Part shown: positions 37,089-47,057 of the stretch, piece by piece
Position numbering within the stretch: the first letter of the stretch is position 1
Layout: the number at the start of each line of letters is the position of its first letter
Assembly (NCBI GenBank): GCA_012838945.1
Contig: DUOG01000083.1
Span: forward strand, 16,072 to 80,071
Direction of reading: 5' to 3'
Origin: Acholeplasmataceae bacterium
Lineage (GTDB): Bacteria; Bacillota_I; Bacilli_A; ML615J-28; CAG-313
Length of the DNA stretch: 64,000 nucleotides
Notes under the pieces: model-generated
What the model was told of the DNA's origin: nothing
Databases searched by the model: none
Seen by the model: the letters and a program-made list of their open reading frames with translations, nothing else
Program-made: the position numbers and the translations under genes

Positions 37089-39062
37089 TTAAGATATTAA
37101 GTCATTAATTGATGGTGCATCACCAATACTAATGATCTCATAATCATTTTGATACATATAAAATTGGAAGGGTTTTTCACCAGCGGCCATAAGAAATACT
37201 TTTGACAGTCCATCAAGTCTTGAGTCTGCTAGCGATATCTGATAATAGCCTAGATCATTCTTCAAGTCATTATTTCGAAAGGTTATCTGACTTAAGTTTA
37301 ATCCTCCCCCAAACAAGGCGATACCACCATGAACATACTCAACTCCTTGATGTTTTTTAATCATCTTTTCATCAGCCACTACCCTCAAATATTCTCCTAT
37401 GTCAAATTTGATTGCGGTATGTGTTCCGCTAATCAAAGTTGAACTATCTAATGAGTCAACACTTTTCCAATCATAAAAACGAACATCACCACTAATGGTT
37501 AAATGGGATGCATAAGAGGTTGCTGCTAAATCTTTAACGCCATTAGCATATTTTGTACCATCATACAGTAGCGGTCCGGAAAAATGAGTGTCTATACCGA
37601 TACAAAATATTCCTGAGGTGTAAAAGAAAGTATCCTTGACGATTACACTTGAGTCACTAGCAATTCCCCCCCTAGTATCATAAGGAATGGGATAAAGTTG
37701 TTCTTGATTTTGGGCTCTGATAAATTGATTAGAACCTATTTTCAAGATGAACTCACGTGCATATTGCAAGATAGATTTTTCAATCGTTAAATTTTCATTG
37801 GAAAAGCTTCGAACGGTAGTTCTTCCGTTGGAAATAATTGAATTAATAATTGTAACATTATCCCCCATTATTTCTAATGTAGTACCTACAAAATCAAGAT
37901 GAGTTAAATCACTAACATTATTAGTGTTCTTTAAAGAAACATTGTTTATCATAACATGATCCCGACTTACCAAGAAGCCGATATTATCTTGGCCATGAAC
38001 AGTCACTCCTTGAGCCGAGACAAATTCTAAAGGCCCTTGAAAAGGATCATTTAATCCGAGAATTGGTTTATTAGTTTCAGGGTGCAATTGACTCGGAAAG
38101 GTCAGTTCATGAAGGTTAATGGTAAAACCGTTACCATAAATATCTTGTTTAAATTCAATTCCTACTTTCAACTTTTTTGGTATGATTCCTAAGTTATGGT
38201 AGTATCTTAAATCATAGTTTGAATCTATTTCAATAAAAGGGACGATTGTTTTATCATTTTGTATAATTCCAGCTAATGAAGCATTAGCCCTCGAAAGATT
38301 CTTTTTACTTTCAAGGTTGGTTTGCATTACAACAACTTCACCATTTAAACTCCCATTGGTACATCTTAATAAATCTTCATATGAATAGACGTTTACTCCA
38401 TCAACTACTTTAAAAGTGTAGGTTGCATAAATATTTTCGTCAGCTTTAGCTTTAAAGGTAATGGTATAAAGTCCTGGTGATTTAAATTCCATTTGGCAAT
38501 TCTCATTAATAACTACTTCTTCATTTGGATTTTCAATAATCACATCCTGTAAGGCACTAGTTCTTGGAATGACAACGACATCAAGGTTTATTACGTCTTT
38601 TACCTTCTTATCTCCTTGATAGCGATACATCCCATAATAAGATAGACTTTCAATTCCTTGTTCAGTATGACGCGGATTACTTACTGATATGTATTTTGGA
38701 TTTGGATCACTGCTTACCACATAAAGTTCGAATGACTTAGAAGGGACGGAATTATCCTTAAGTGAGGCCGTAATAGTAACCTTACCTTCTTGATATGTGT
38801 GGACAACGTCATCAATTATTTTTGCGATAGAATCATCACTTGACGTCCAAATAATATCTCGATTCGTTGCAGCAAGAGGATAAGCCGCACCATAGAGGAT
38901 GAATTTATTGCCAAGTTCTACTTCTTCAAATAAATTATGTTCTAGTTCGATATATTCGGCTTTTAAATCAATCAAGATTTTGATGGTATCAGCTACTCCG
39001 TAAACAATAAAAATAATTAATAGGGGGATGATTATAATGAAACTCAAAACACGTTTTTTCAT
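37089..39062 (-). CDS. Exported/anchored protein with Big_2 Ig-like domain and probable right-handed beta-helix region, hypothetical
   Basis: 657 aa. N-terminal TM/signal anchor. Big_2-like segment (AATNRDIIWTSSDDSIAKI...VTITASLKDN). Later T/N/G/S-rich repeats suggest a beta-helix. Last gene of a 3-gene ABC operon. Confidence 0.4.
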   Translation of the reverse strand: MKKRVLSFIIIIPLLIIFIVYGVADTIKILIDLKAEYIELEHNLFEEVELGNKFILYGAAYPLAATNRDIIWTSSDDSIAKIIDDVVHTYQEGKVTITASLKDNSVPSKSFELYVVSSDPNPKYISVSNPRHTEQGIESLSYYGMYRYQGDKKVKDVINLDVVVIPRTSALQDVIIENPNEEVVINENCQMEFKSPGLYTITFKAKADENIYATYTFKVVDGVNVYSYEDLLRCTNGSLNGEVVVMQTNLESKKNLSRANASLAGIIQNDKTIVPFIEIDSNYDLRYYHNLGIIPKKLKVGIEFKQDIYGNGFTINLHELTFPSQLHPETNKPILGLNDPFQGPLEFVSAQGVTVHGQDNIGFLVSRDHVMINNVSLKNTNNVSDLTHLDFVGTTLEIMGDNVTIINSIISNGRTTVRSFSNENLTIEKSILQYAREFILKIGSNQFIRAQNQEQLYPIPYDTRGGIASDSSVIVKDTFFYTSGIFCIGIDTHFSGPLLYDGTKYANGVKDLAATSYASHLTISGDVRFYDWKSVDSLDSSTLISGTHTAIKFDIGEYLRVVADEKMIKKHQGVEYVHGGIALFGGGLNLSQITFRNNDLKNDLGYYQISLADSRLDGLSKVFLMAAGEKPFQFYMYQNDYEIISIGDAPSINDLIS

Positions 39063-40642
39063 CCGATTATCCTACTCACTTTCTTGTTTAAATTACGGTA
39101 AAGTTTTGATGTTGATAGCGTTAAAACGAGAATTCCCAAACCACTGGTTAATAAAATCATCATTTCAAAGTTATAAAGCAAATAGATTATAAGTGCCAAT
39201 AAACCAACAATTATTCCGGCGAAAATAGCATTTAAGATATAACTAGTTGTGTGTTGATGATTATTTAGATCACCTTTAAAATGGGGATGTTCAAGGTCTT
39301 TATTAATAGCTAGTAACATCAATCCTTGACTAATCAAGGAAGATATTCCCCATACTGCTATACCTTCGATCCAAGTAAATTCTTTAGTCAATATTAAAAC
39401 TAAGTTAGTTATCAGTAAAGCAAGTTGCATCATAATGGTTAACAACAGGACTTTAACATTGATTTGAACTTTATATGATATAGGCATGATTTTTATCAAA
39501 GTCATACTTTTTCCTTCTTTGGAAATTATAATTCCCGCCATTGTATTAGATACACCCACTAATAAAATTTCAAACATTAAAGCAAAAGGAATTAAATAAT
39601 TTTGACCTATGATTTGTGCAATCGCTTGATTGAGGGTAGACACCAACAAGTAACTGATAAGCGGCAACAAAATTAATACTGACAAATAAGAAAAAGAAAG
39701 TTCAGATGAGCGAAGAATTGTCAAAAGTTCTTTTTTCACTAATGCAAAAACAGCACTTTTACTTTTTAAAATATAACCTTTTATTTTTTTTGTTGATTCT
39801 TTTTTTGATTTCACTAACCTTAGATAATTAAATCGGCTTACCCAAATACTAATGATAACCAAAGATGTGATAACTAAGAAACTTAAAATAAAATTAAGCA
39901 ACAAAAATCGATTAGCTAACACATTGGTAAAAAAATTAAAAGGGACTAAGTATTTAATAGAATTTTTAATTTGATTGGCGACATCAGCATTTATTAAAAA
40001 ACGTAGTTGATTATCATTAATCAATTTGATAATAATACCCAAGACCTTGCGGTAACCTACAAACAGAATGGTCAAAATGAAAAGTGACCATCCAAGTTTT
40101 AATAGACCATTCCTTTTGAAAAACGATTCTATTTTTAAGTATGGAAGGGCCAATATGAGAGCAAATGAAACCACCATAAAAGGAAGCATCAAAATCACTA
40201 TAATAAAAAGCATATAGAAAATAAAACCCGCATCATTAAGAATTCCAAAAGCTACTCCCAAAGGAATAATTAACATTAACGATTTTAAAAGTTCTTTAAG
40301 ATAGGTTATAAGTAATTTTGTGACCAAAATTATTTCGGGTTTGATTGGTAGTGGTTGTAAAATATAATAATCTTTATTTTGAAAAACATAATAGACAATT
40401 GGTTTAATGCTAGTTATAATTTGAACACTCAATAAAAAAGTCAATATAATTGTGAAAATTTCATAGCCTAAACCATAAGTGTTAAAACCACTAGTTAGTT
40501 CAACAAATAAAAATATTAAAATCCCTATCAAGACTAAATAGATAAGAAGATTGATAAAATTATTAAGTAACCCTTTAGTCCGGATATTGTTAATAAGGGC
40601 TTTGAATTCTCTTTTAAAAAGCAATTTAAAAGTATTCATCAT
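39059..40642 (-). CDS. ABC transporter permease (large polytopic, >10 TM)
   Basis: 527 aa, almost entirely hydrophobic helices. Translationally coupled (4-nt overlaps) to upstream ATPase and downstream exported protein. Confidence 0.6.
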   Translation of the reverse strand: MMNTFKLLFKREFKALINNIRTKGLLNNFINLLIYLVLIGILIFLFVELTSGFNTYGLGYEIFTIILTFLLSVQIITSIKPIVYYVFQNKDYYILQPLPIKPEIILVTKLLITYLKELLKSLMLIIPLGVAFGILNDAGFIFYMLFIIVILMLPFMVVSFALILALPYLKIESFFKRNGLLKLGWSLFILTILFVGYRKVLGIIIKLINDNQLRFLINADVANQIKNSIKYLVPFNFFTNVLANRFLLLNFILSFLVITSLVIISIWVSRFNYLRLVKSKKESTKKIKGYILKSKSAVFALVKKELLTILRSSELSFSYLSVLILLPLISYLLVSTLNQAIAQIIGQNYLIPFALMFEILLVGVSNTMAGIIISKEGKSMTLIKIMPISYKVQINVKVLLLTIMMQLALLITNLVLILTKEFTWIEGIAVWGISSLISQGLMLLAINKDLEHPHFKGDLNNHQHTTSYILNAIFAGIIVGLLALIIYLLYNFEMMILLTSGLGILVLTLSTSKLYRNLNKKVSRIIG

Positions 40643-41367
40643 TCAACCCCTTCTGAAGTTTGAACTAGTTGATAAAACAACTTTTCTAATGACTGGCCAT
40701 TAAAGTCTTTCATATCGATAATAGTCTTAATTTCACCCTTGATAATAATGGCTACTCGATCACAGAGTTTTTCAACCGAATCAATATTATGACTTGTTAA
40801 AAGAACACTCTTTCCTTTTTTCTTATAATCAATAATTGTGTTTTTTAATTGCATTGCGCTACTGATATCAAGACCAGTTAATGGTTCATCCAAAATCCAT
40901 AGATCTGGTTCATGAATTAAACTAGCTATGATGCAGACTTTTTGTTTCATCCCGTGTGAATAATTAGAAATGTATTGGTCTATTGCATGACTCATATTAA
41001 AGCGCTTTACTAATTCCTCGAATAGGTGTTTGAAATTCTCTTTTAAACCATAAACACTAGCTATAAATTCAACAAATTCACGGCCAGTCATTTCCTCATA
41101 AACTGCTTGATTATCAGCTACATAACCAAATGATCTTTTAGCATCTAGTGGCTCTTGTAAAATATCCAAATTGTTAATTGTTATCTCACCTTCTTCAAAG
41201 GGCAAGATTCCCGTGATGCATTTTATTGTAGTGCTTTTACCAGCACCATTTGGTCCAATGAACCCGAATACTTCACCTTTTTTTACTTCTAGTGATAATC
41301 TTTTTATTACCGGTTCATCAGAACTATAATATTTCACTAAATTAGTTATTTTTAAAATCGTTGACAT
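40639..41367 (-). CDS. ABC transporter ATP-binding protein
   Basis: 242 aa. Walker A GPNGAGKST, signature LSGGMKQK-like (YSHGMKQK), Walker B ILDEP. Confidence 0.85.
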   Translation of the reverse strand: MSTILKITNLVKYYSSDEPVIKRLSLEVKKGEVFGFIGPNGAGKSTTIKCITGILPFEEGEITINNLDILQEPLDAKRSFGYVADNQAVYEEMTGREFVEFIASVYGLKENFKHLFEELVKRFNMSHAIDQYISNYSHGMKQKVCIIASLIHEPDLWILDEPLTGLDISSAMQLKNTIIDYKKKGKSVLLTSHNIDSVEKLCDRVAIIIKGEIKTIIDMKDFNGQSLEKLFYQLVQTSEGVE

Positions 41368-41501
41368 AAATACTCCTTATTCGTCTTTTTTTGTCCCGTA
41401 TGTATTTACATAATTAATATTCTATCATATTATTCGACAATTATCTACAATATTAGATAAAGAAAAACCACTTCACCCAAAATGATAAAGTGGTCATATT
41501 T

Positions 41502-43337
41502 TTACTTTTCATTATCGTCTAAACTCAATACTGCTAGGAAAGCTTCTTGAGGAAGTTCAACACTACCTACTGATTTCATTCGTTTCTTTCCTTCTTTTTG
41601 TTTAGCTAATAACTTCTTCTTTCGCGAAACGTCTCCACCATAACATTTGGCTAGAACATTTTTTCGCATGGCTTTAATAGTTTCACGAGCAATTACTTTA
41701 TTATTAACTGCTGCTTGGACTGGCACCTCAAACATTTGTCTCGGAATAATCTTTACCAGTTTTTGCGTTAATAACTTACCTCTTTGATAAGCAAAGTCTT
41801 TATGGACAATAGTACTTAAGGCATCAACTTTTTCTCCATTTAACAAGATATCAAGTTTTACGAGTTTAGATTCTTTATAACCAGATAGTTCATAATCAAG
41901 AGAAGCATAACCTCTAGTAGTTGACTTCAAACGGTCAAAGAAATCATAAACAATTTCAGCAAGTGGCATTTCATAATGGATCACAACTCGTCTTTCTTCA
42001 ATATATTTCATATTGACAAAGATCCCTCGTTTATATTGACACAATTCCATTATTGAACCAACGTATTCGCTTGGAGCCATAATGTTAACTTTGACAAAAG
42101 GTTCTTCGATAGATTTAATTTTCACTAAATCAGGGAAGTTTGATGGATTATCCACCAAAACATGTTCTCCATTGGTTAAATTGACGCGATAAACAACACT
42201 TGGTGCTGTTGCAATCAAATCAATTTTAAACTCTCGTTCAATACGCTCTTGAATGATTTCCATATGGAGAAGGCCCAAAAAGCCCATTCTAAACCCAAAG
42301 CCTAAGGCCTGTGATGTTTCTGGTTCATATACTAAAGAAGCATCATTTAACTTTAATTTTTCGATAGCTTCTTTTAATTCTTCGTATTTATTAGGTTCAA
42401 TTGGATACAGTCCGCAGAAAACCATTGGATTAAGTCGACGATACCCTGGTAAAGGATTTTTAGTCGGTCTATACTCATGAGTAATGGTATCACCAACGTG
42501 AATTGTATTGACATCTTTAATTGAAGCAACTAAATAGCCAACGTCACCAATCGTTAAGAAATCTCTTTTAACTTCTTTTGGAGTAAATACTCCCACTTCT
42601 AAAACTTCATAGGTTGCACCAGTGGCCATCATCTTGATATGGTCACCTTTTTGAATCGTACCATTAATAATTCTTATTGAAGGAATTACTCCCCGATAGG
42701 CATCATAATAGGAGTCAAAAATAAGTGCTTCCAATGGAGCAGTCGGATCACCAGTTGGTGCTGGTATTTTCGTGACAATTTGTTCAAGTAGTTCTTCAAC
42801 TCCAATACCATCCTTAGCAGAGGCGAGAATTGCTTCACTAGCATCCAAGCCAATGACGTCTTCAATTTCTGCTTGTACTCGTTCAGGATCAGCAGCCGGT
42901 AAATCAATTTTATTGATTAAAGGTAGAATTTCCAAATCATTGTCTATTGCTAAGTAAACATTGGCTAAAGTTTGAGCCTCAATTCCTTGAGCTGCATCAA
43001 CGACTAAAACAGCACCTTCACAGGCGGCTAAACTGCGAGAAACTTCATAAGTAAAGTCAACATGCCCTGGAGTGTCGATCAAATGAAAAATGTATTCAAT
43101 TCCATCTTTGGCCCGATACTTGAGTTGGATGGCATTTAATTTAATAGTTATCCCACGTTCTCGCTCTAAATCCATCGAATCAAGCAATTGACTTTTCATT
43201 TCACGGCGCTCGATACTTCCGGTCTTTTCTAGGATGCGATCAGCAAGAGTACTTTTACCATGATCAATATGCGCTATGATCGAAAAGTTGCGGATTAATT
43301 TAGCACGAGCTAGTAATTCATCTTTTGTAGGCATCAT
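41502..43337 (-). CDS. lepA: Elongation factor 4 (LepA)
   Basis: 611 aa. [21 protein letters not shown]1 motif, DTPGHVDF. Size and C-terminal LepA domain. Confidence 0.92.
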   Translation of the reverse strand: MMPTKDELLARAKLIRNFSIIAHIDHGKSTLADRILEKTGSIERREMKSQLLDSMDLERERGITIKLNAIQLKYRAKDGIEYIFHLIDTPGHVDFTYEVSRSLAACEGAVLVVDAAQGIEAQTLANVYLAIDNDLEILPLINKIDLPAADPERVQAEIEDVIGLDASEAILASAKDGIGVEELLEQIVTKIPAPTGDPTAPLEALIFDSYYDAYRGVIPSIRIINGTIQKGDHIKMMATGATYEVLEVGVFTPKEVKRDFLTIGDVGYLVASIKDVNTIHVGDTITHEYRPTKNPLPGYRRLNPMVFCGLYPIEPNKYEELKEAIEKLKLNDASLVYEPETSQALGFGFRMGFLGLLHMEIIQERIEREFKIDLIATAPSVVYRVNLTNGEHVLVDNPSNFPDLVKIKSIEEPFVKVNIMAPSEYVGSIMELCQYKRGIFVNMKYIEERRVVIHYEMPLAEIVYDFFDRLKSTTRGYASLDYELSGYKESKLVKLDILLNGEKVDALSTIVHKDFAYQRGKLLTQKLVKIIPRQMFEVPVQAAVNNKVIARETIKAMRKNVLAKCYGGDVSRKKKLLAKQKEGKKRMKSVGSVELPQEAFLAVLSLDDNEK

Positions 43338-43442
43338 TTCACCTCTTTAATATATCATATTTTACTATATTTTTTGATTTTTATCAAATATATTACAAAC
43401 TTTCCAAAAGAAAGGTACTTGAAAATTAATCAAGTACCTCCT

Positions 43443-44090
43443 CTATGAAGGAGAATTATTTGAAAGAATGCTTTTAATAAGTTCTCCCTCTTTTATTTTT
43501 TGAAGATATTTGTTGCTAGTAATCTTAATGGATTTTTTAATTAATTCAAATGTTTTTTCAAAATGTAATCCTTTGATGGTTAGCCTTATATTCAAACAGT
43601 TAATATCTACATTATTGACTTCTAGATTGCAACTATCAATATCGTTAAATGATACAACCATGTATTCGTTTGGCTCAACTTTAATAACCAAACGACGGGC
43701 TTTTGAATCAATATATAGAGTCTCTTTCTTCATCTCATAATATTCAATCATATGATCAATCATAAAACCACGAATTTTAAATAAGGATGGATGAGAGATT
43801 TTTAAGATAGTGCCTGAATCACAGGTTCTAACACTAGATTTATTAGCCTCACTTAAAACTATAAAGGAATATCCTATTATTATGATTCCTATAATAATAG
43901 GAACAATGCCAAATATAACTAATAAATAATTTTTATTTTGGATTGATTTTATGACAATATATAAACCAATCCCAATTAATAAAACTCCATTAATTGTTGT
44001 GATTACTTTCAAAAAAAGATTGTTATCTTTTTTTTGACTATTTTTCATTTTGTTCACGTTCATTGATTTGATTTTCATTGTTGCGTACAA
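43443..44090 (-). CDS. Membrane-anchored hypothetical protein (2 TM plus cytoplasmic domain)
   Basis: 215 aa. Two N-terminal TM helices, then a soluble domain of unknown type. Confidence 0.3.
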   Translation of the reverse strand: MYATMKIKSMNVNKMKNSQKKDNNLFLKVITTINGVLLIGIGLYIVIKSIQNKNYLLVIFGIVPIIIGIIIIGYSFIVLSEANKSSVRTCDSGTILKISHPSLFKIRGFMIDHMIEYYEMKKETLYIDSKARRLVIKVEPNEYMVVSFNDIDSCNLEVNNVDINCLNIRLTIKGLHFEKTFELIKKSIKITSNKYLQKIKEGELIKSILSNNSPS

Positions 44091-44649
44091 TTACGCCAAA
44101 GCCGATAATTAAAGTTTTAGCCACCCAACCGCCAATAACGGTTGTCACTGCTCCTAATATGGCATAAATGAAAATTTCAACCTTTTGTTCAATCGATGTA
44201 AACAATAAGATAAAAGAAGGGATAATCATTATAACAGCTAATAAACGCGTAACGAGCCATAAAGTATGAGCACAAGCTTCGATATCACTTGAGAAACAAT
44301 TTTTTCTCATTAACTTTTTGTTGTTTAGCTGATTATACTTGTTATTTTTAGAACGGGACATCTTCTTTGTTTTAATTAACGAATCCAAATCAAAATCAGT
44401 AAACCCTCGTTTTTTCAACTCATTAATTATTTTGGGGTCGTAAGGATTAACTTGATAAGCTCGTTCATAATACTTCTTGGCAACTCGAAGATAGCCTCTT
44501 TTTGTATGCAAATCTCCAACTTTTATAAAAGCAATTATTTCCCCTTTGTTAGCAGCTTCAAGATAGAGTTCTTCAGCACGATCAAATTCTTGCTTTTCTG
44601 CTAATTGATCAGCTTCAAGCATTAGTGCTTCCAAATCATTACCACTCAT
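44038..44649 (-). CDS. TPR-like repeat protein with C-terminal TM anchor, hypothetical
   Basis: 203 aa. N-terminal helical repeats (EELYLEAANKGEIIAFIKVGDLHTKRGYLRVAKKYYERAYQVNP). C-terminal two TM helices. Overlaps the downstream ORF by about 50 nt. Confidence 0.35.
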   Translation of the reverse strand: MSGNDLEALMLEADQLAEKQEFDRAEELYLEAANKGEIIAFIKVGDLHTKRGYLRVAKKYYERAYQVNPYDPKIINELKKRGFTDFDLDSLIKTKKMSRSKNNKYNQLNNKKLMRKNCFSSDIEACAHTLWLVTRLLAVIMIIPSFILLFTSIEQKVEIFIYAILGAVTTVIGGWVAKTLIIGFGVIVRNNENQINEREQNEK

Positions 44650-44771
44650 TTTTTATCCTCCACTAGTTATTATTATATGTATTTTACCATAAAAGCGAGA
44701 AAAAGTGTTAGGAAGTAATAATAGAGAGCATGAAAAAAGAAAGCCTACGCTCTCCAGCTATTGCTTTCTAA

Positions 44772-45068
44772 TTAACGCCTCTTCTTTCTTGTTAAAGCTA
44801 AAACAACATAAAGTGGTATTCCAATAATTATTAAAAGATTTAAATACCAATCAAGATTTAAGGGGTCAAATCCCAAGTTAATAATACCTCTAATGGCTGG
44901 TTCCAATGTTGTGATCAATAATAAGACTAATAAAGCAATAAAAGATGGTGTTTTATTAATCTTACGGGTACTCTTACTAATTTCAGTATACAGTAAGTAA
45001 ATAATTAGGATAACTTGTAAATAAAATAGTACATCTTTGATAAAATTGCCAATTTGACTAAGGAACAT
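44772..45068 (-). CDS. Small 3-TM membrane protein, hypothetical
   Basis: 98 aa hydrophobic ORF. No recognisable motif. Confidence 0.3.
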   Translation of the reverse strand: MFLSQIGNFIKDVLFYLQVILIIYLLYTEISKSTRKINKTPSFIALLVLLLITTLEPAIRGIINLGFDPLNLDWYLNLLIIIGIPLYVVLALTRKKRR

Positions 45069-45136
45069 AATATCACCTCATATTATTCTACCATTAGTAT
45101 AACATTTTAATGTAAAAATATTATCAAAAAAAGTAA

Positions 45137-45448
45137 TCAAAATCCAAGATAAGCATCTAGCCTAATTAGGGGCACCTTAAAATAGCTACAAGTATTAATG
45201 ATTTTATTATTGATATTGGGGGTTACAACTTGAACAACATTTAGCGATATGAATATTTCATCAAAAAATATTCTCGTATTACTGACAAAACCATTTTCCA
45301 ACACTTTCTCAAAGGGAATAATAACTACTACTGGCTCTTTGATCTTACTAAAGTTGCAAGCTTTGTCAGTGATTAACATTTTCCCATTGATCCTTTTAAC
45401 AAACTTTAACATTCTTTCATCAACTTTTCCGATAATAACGAGCATCAC
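45137..45448 (-). CDS. Hypothetical protein (103 aa)
   Basis: ORF with no motif I can place. Confidence 0.25.
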   Translation of the reverse strand: MMLVIIGKVDERMLKFVKRINGKMLITDKACNFSKIKEPVVVIIPFEKVLENGFVSNTRIFFDEIFISLNVVQVVTPNINNKIINTCSYFKVPLIRLDAYLGF

Positions 45449-45596
45449 ATTTTCCCTTCCTATTCAATATAGTTTATGAAAAAGTCGATAAATGTGAATA
45501 AACATTTAAAATAATTATTAAATACTTGAGGTTATTCATAAATTAAACACTTAAAAATCAAAAATATGATAAAATATAAGTATCCCAAATTAAAAA

Positions 45597-45630
45597 TGAG
45601 TAAACAATCTTAGTGACTGTTTACTCAAAA
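45597..45630 (-). terminator. Rho-independent terminator after thiT
   Basis: gagtaaacagtcactaagattgtttactc hairpin followed by a T run on the minus strand. Confidence 0.7.
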
Positions 45631-45639
45631 TAAGGCAAC

Positions 45640-46182
45640 CTATTCTTCTTTCAAGTCTGGAATTAGTAGTTGTGGTTGAATGGTAAAAATGAGGATCATT
45701 ACAACGGTTGTCAAGATAAATGATGGTAACATATAACTACCATTATATAGAATCGAACCGATCCAATCAACCTTCCAAAATACTACGCCACCAATGGTGT
45801 GTAAGATAAAACGCAATAGACAGCCTATAAAAGTACCAATGATGATTGTCGCAATCTTATACTTGCGTTTTGATAGTGGATAGATAATTCCAGCTACTCC
45901 TACAATTGCATAAGCGCCATAATAGTCGAAGAATGCTTGAAAAATATTTAAAAATCCCTCACCAGCATAAAGGATTTGCAAGAGACCAATGATTAAACCT
46001 GTGAGGAGACCGTATAATAGTCCTCTTCGATATGCCATAATTAAAATTGCTACCATTGCAACACCGATACTTCCGCCATTTGGCCATGCAACGCCAAAAA
46101 GTGATGAAAGATAGTCTAAAATAATTCCAATTGAACTTAATACCCCTACTTCAGTAAAATTTAGCAATTTTTCATTTCGCAT
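45640..46182 (-). CDS. thiT: ECF-type thiamine transporter S component ThiT
   Basis: 180 aa, 6-TM S-component-like protein immediately downstream of a TPP riboswitch. Confidence 0.7.
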   Translation of the reverse strand: MRNEKLLNFTEVGVLSSIGIILDYLSSLFGVAWPNGGSIGVAMVAILIMAYRRGLLYGLLTGLIIGLLQILYAGEGFLNIFQAFFDYYGAYAIVGVAGIIYPLSKRKYKIATIIIGTFIGCLLRFILHTIGGVVFWKVDWIGSILYNGSYMLPSFILTTVVMILIFTIQPQLLIPDLKEE

Positions 46183-46204
46183 ATTATCACCTCTTTTCTG
46201 ATTT

Positions 46205-46310
46205 TGAAAAGAGAACTTTCGTTCCCTACGATGGCATTACCCAACAGGTTCAACGGGTCGTTCTTGAAAACCTCTCAGCCGCATAATTGCAGCTCCCCGA
46301 CTCATTTATT
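46205..46310 (-). ncRNA. TPP (THI-box) riboswitch controlling thiT
   Basis: Minus-strand sequence ggggagc...gctgagag...gacccgttgaacctgttgggtaatgccatcgtagggaa matches the TPP aptamer core (CUGAGA, ACCCGUUGAACCUG, GGUAAUxCCAxCGUAGGGAA). Upstream promoter tttact-17-tataat. Downstream anti-SD pairing ctcttttc / gaaaagag. Confidence 0.88.
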
Positions 46311-46482
46311 ATAACAAAATAACTATATCTAGTAAAGTAATTAAACTTAGATGACTAACATAACCTGAATTTATCGATTTTTAACCAATTTATTTTATTT
46401 TTTGCTTGCATTTAGAAAAGATATGTGATAAAATTTATGTACTTAATCAGGTTATGTAGTAAAAATAAAGGAGGATTTTTTT

Positions 46483-46994
46483 TGTACGAAATCTTAATAC
46501 CTATTTTTATTATTGTAACCTTATTAATTATATATAAAATATACAATAATCTTAAACCCCGTATTCGCAAGCAGAAAATCTTCCAGATGATTTCTGAAAG
46601 ACTAGATGCCAATAACTCGGATATTCAGTTAAGTAATTCAAAGAGCTACGATTTTACTTTAACAATCAATAACGAAGTGTATGCTCTAAAAATCGTTTCA
46701 ATAGAAAAGAATTCAGAAATAACGATTAATAACCCAGTAACATGGGAAATGCACTTTGGGGGTGGGGAATATATAGGAAAACCATATAGACATCATCGTT
46801 ATTTGCGTGAAGTAGTTCCTTTCTTGAAACTTAAAACCGAGGCGAAAAAAATAGTAATAGTGACACCTGATGCTAAAAGAATTCTAAAATGGATAAATGA
46901 ATCAGAAATGATTATCGTTTCTCCAAATCAAACAATCGATGGGGTCAGGATTATGAATATTGATGATTTTTTTAACTTTATTCTTCTTACTTAA
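46483..46994 (+). CDS. Membrane-anchored hypothetical protein, possibly NERD (nuclease-related domain)-like
   Basis: Likely TTG start at 46483 after SD aaaggagg. N-terminal TM. Soluble domain with alternating beta-strand pattern (YDFTLTINNEVYALKIVSIEKN...). Assignment tentative. Confidence 0.3.
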
Positions 46995-47004
46995 TCCCTT
47001 TTAT

Positions 47005-47036
47005 GTAAAAAAGATGGTTTCTAACCATCTTTTTTA
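47005..47036. terminator. Bidirectional terminator between convergent genes
   Basis: aaaaaagatggtttctaaccatctttttt. Confidence 0.75.
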
Positions 47037-47057
47037 CTTTGTGTTTATTTAAAATAT

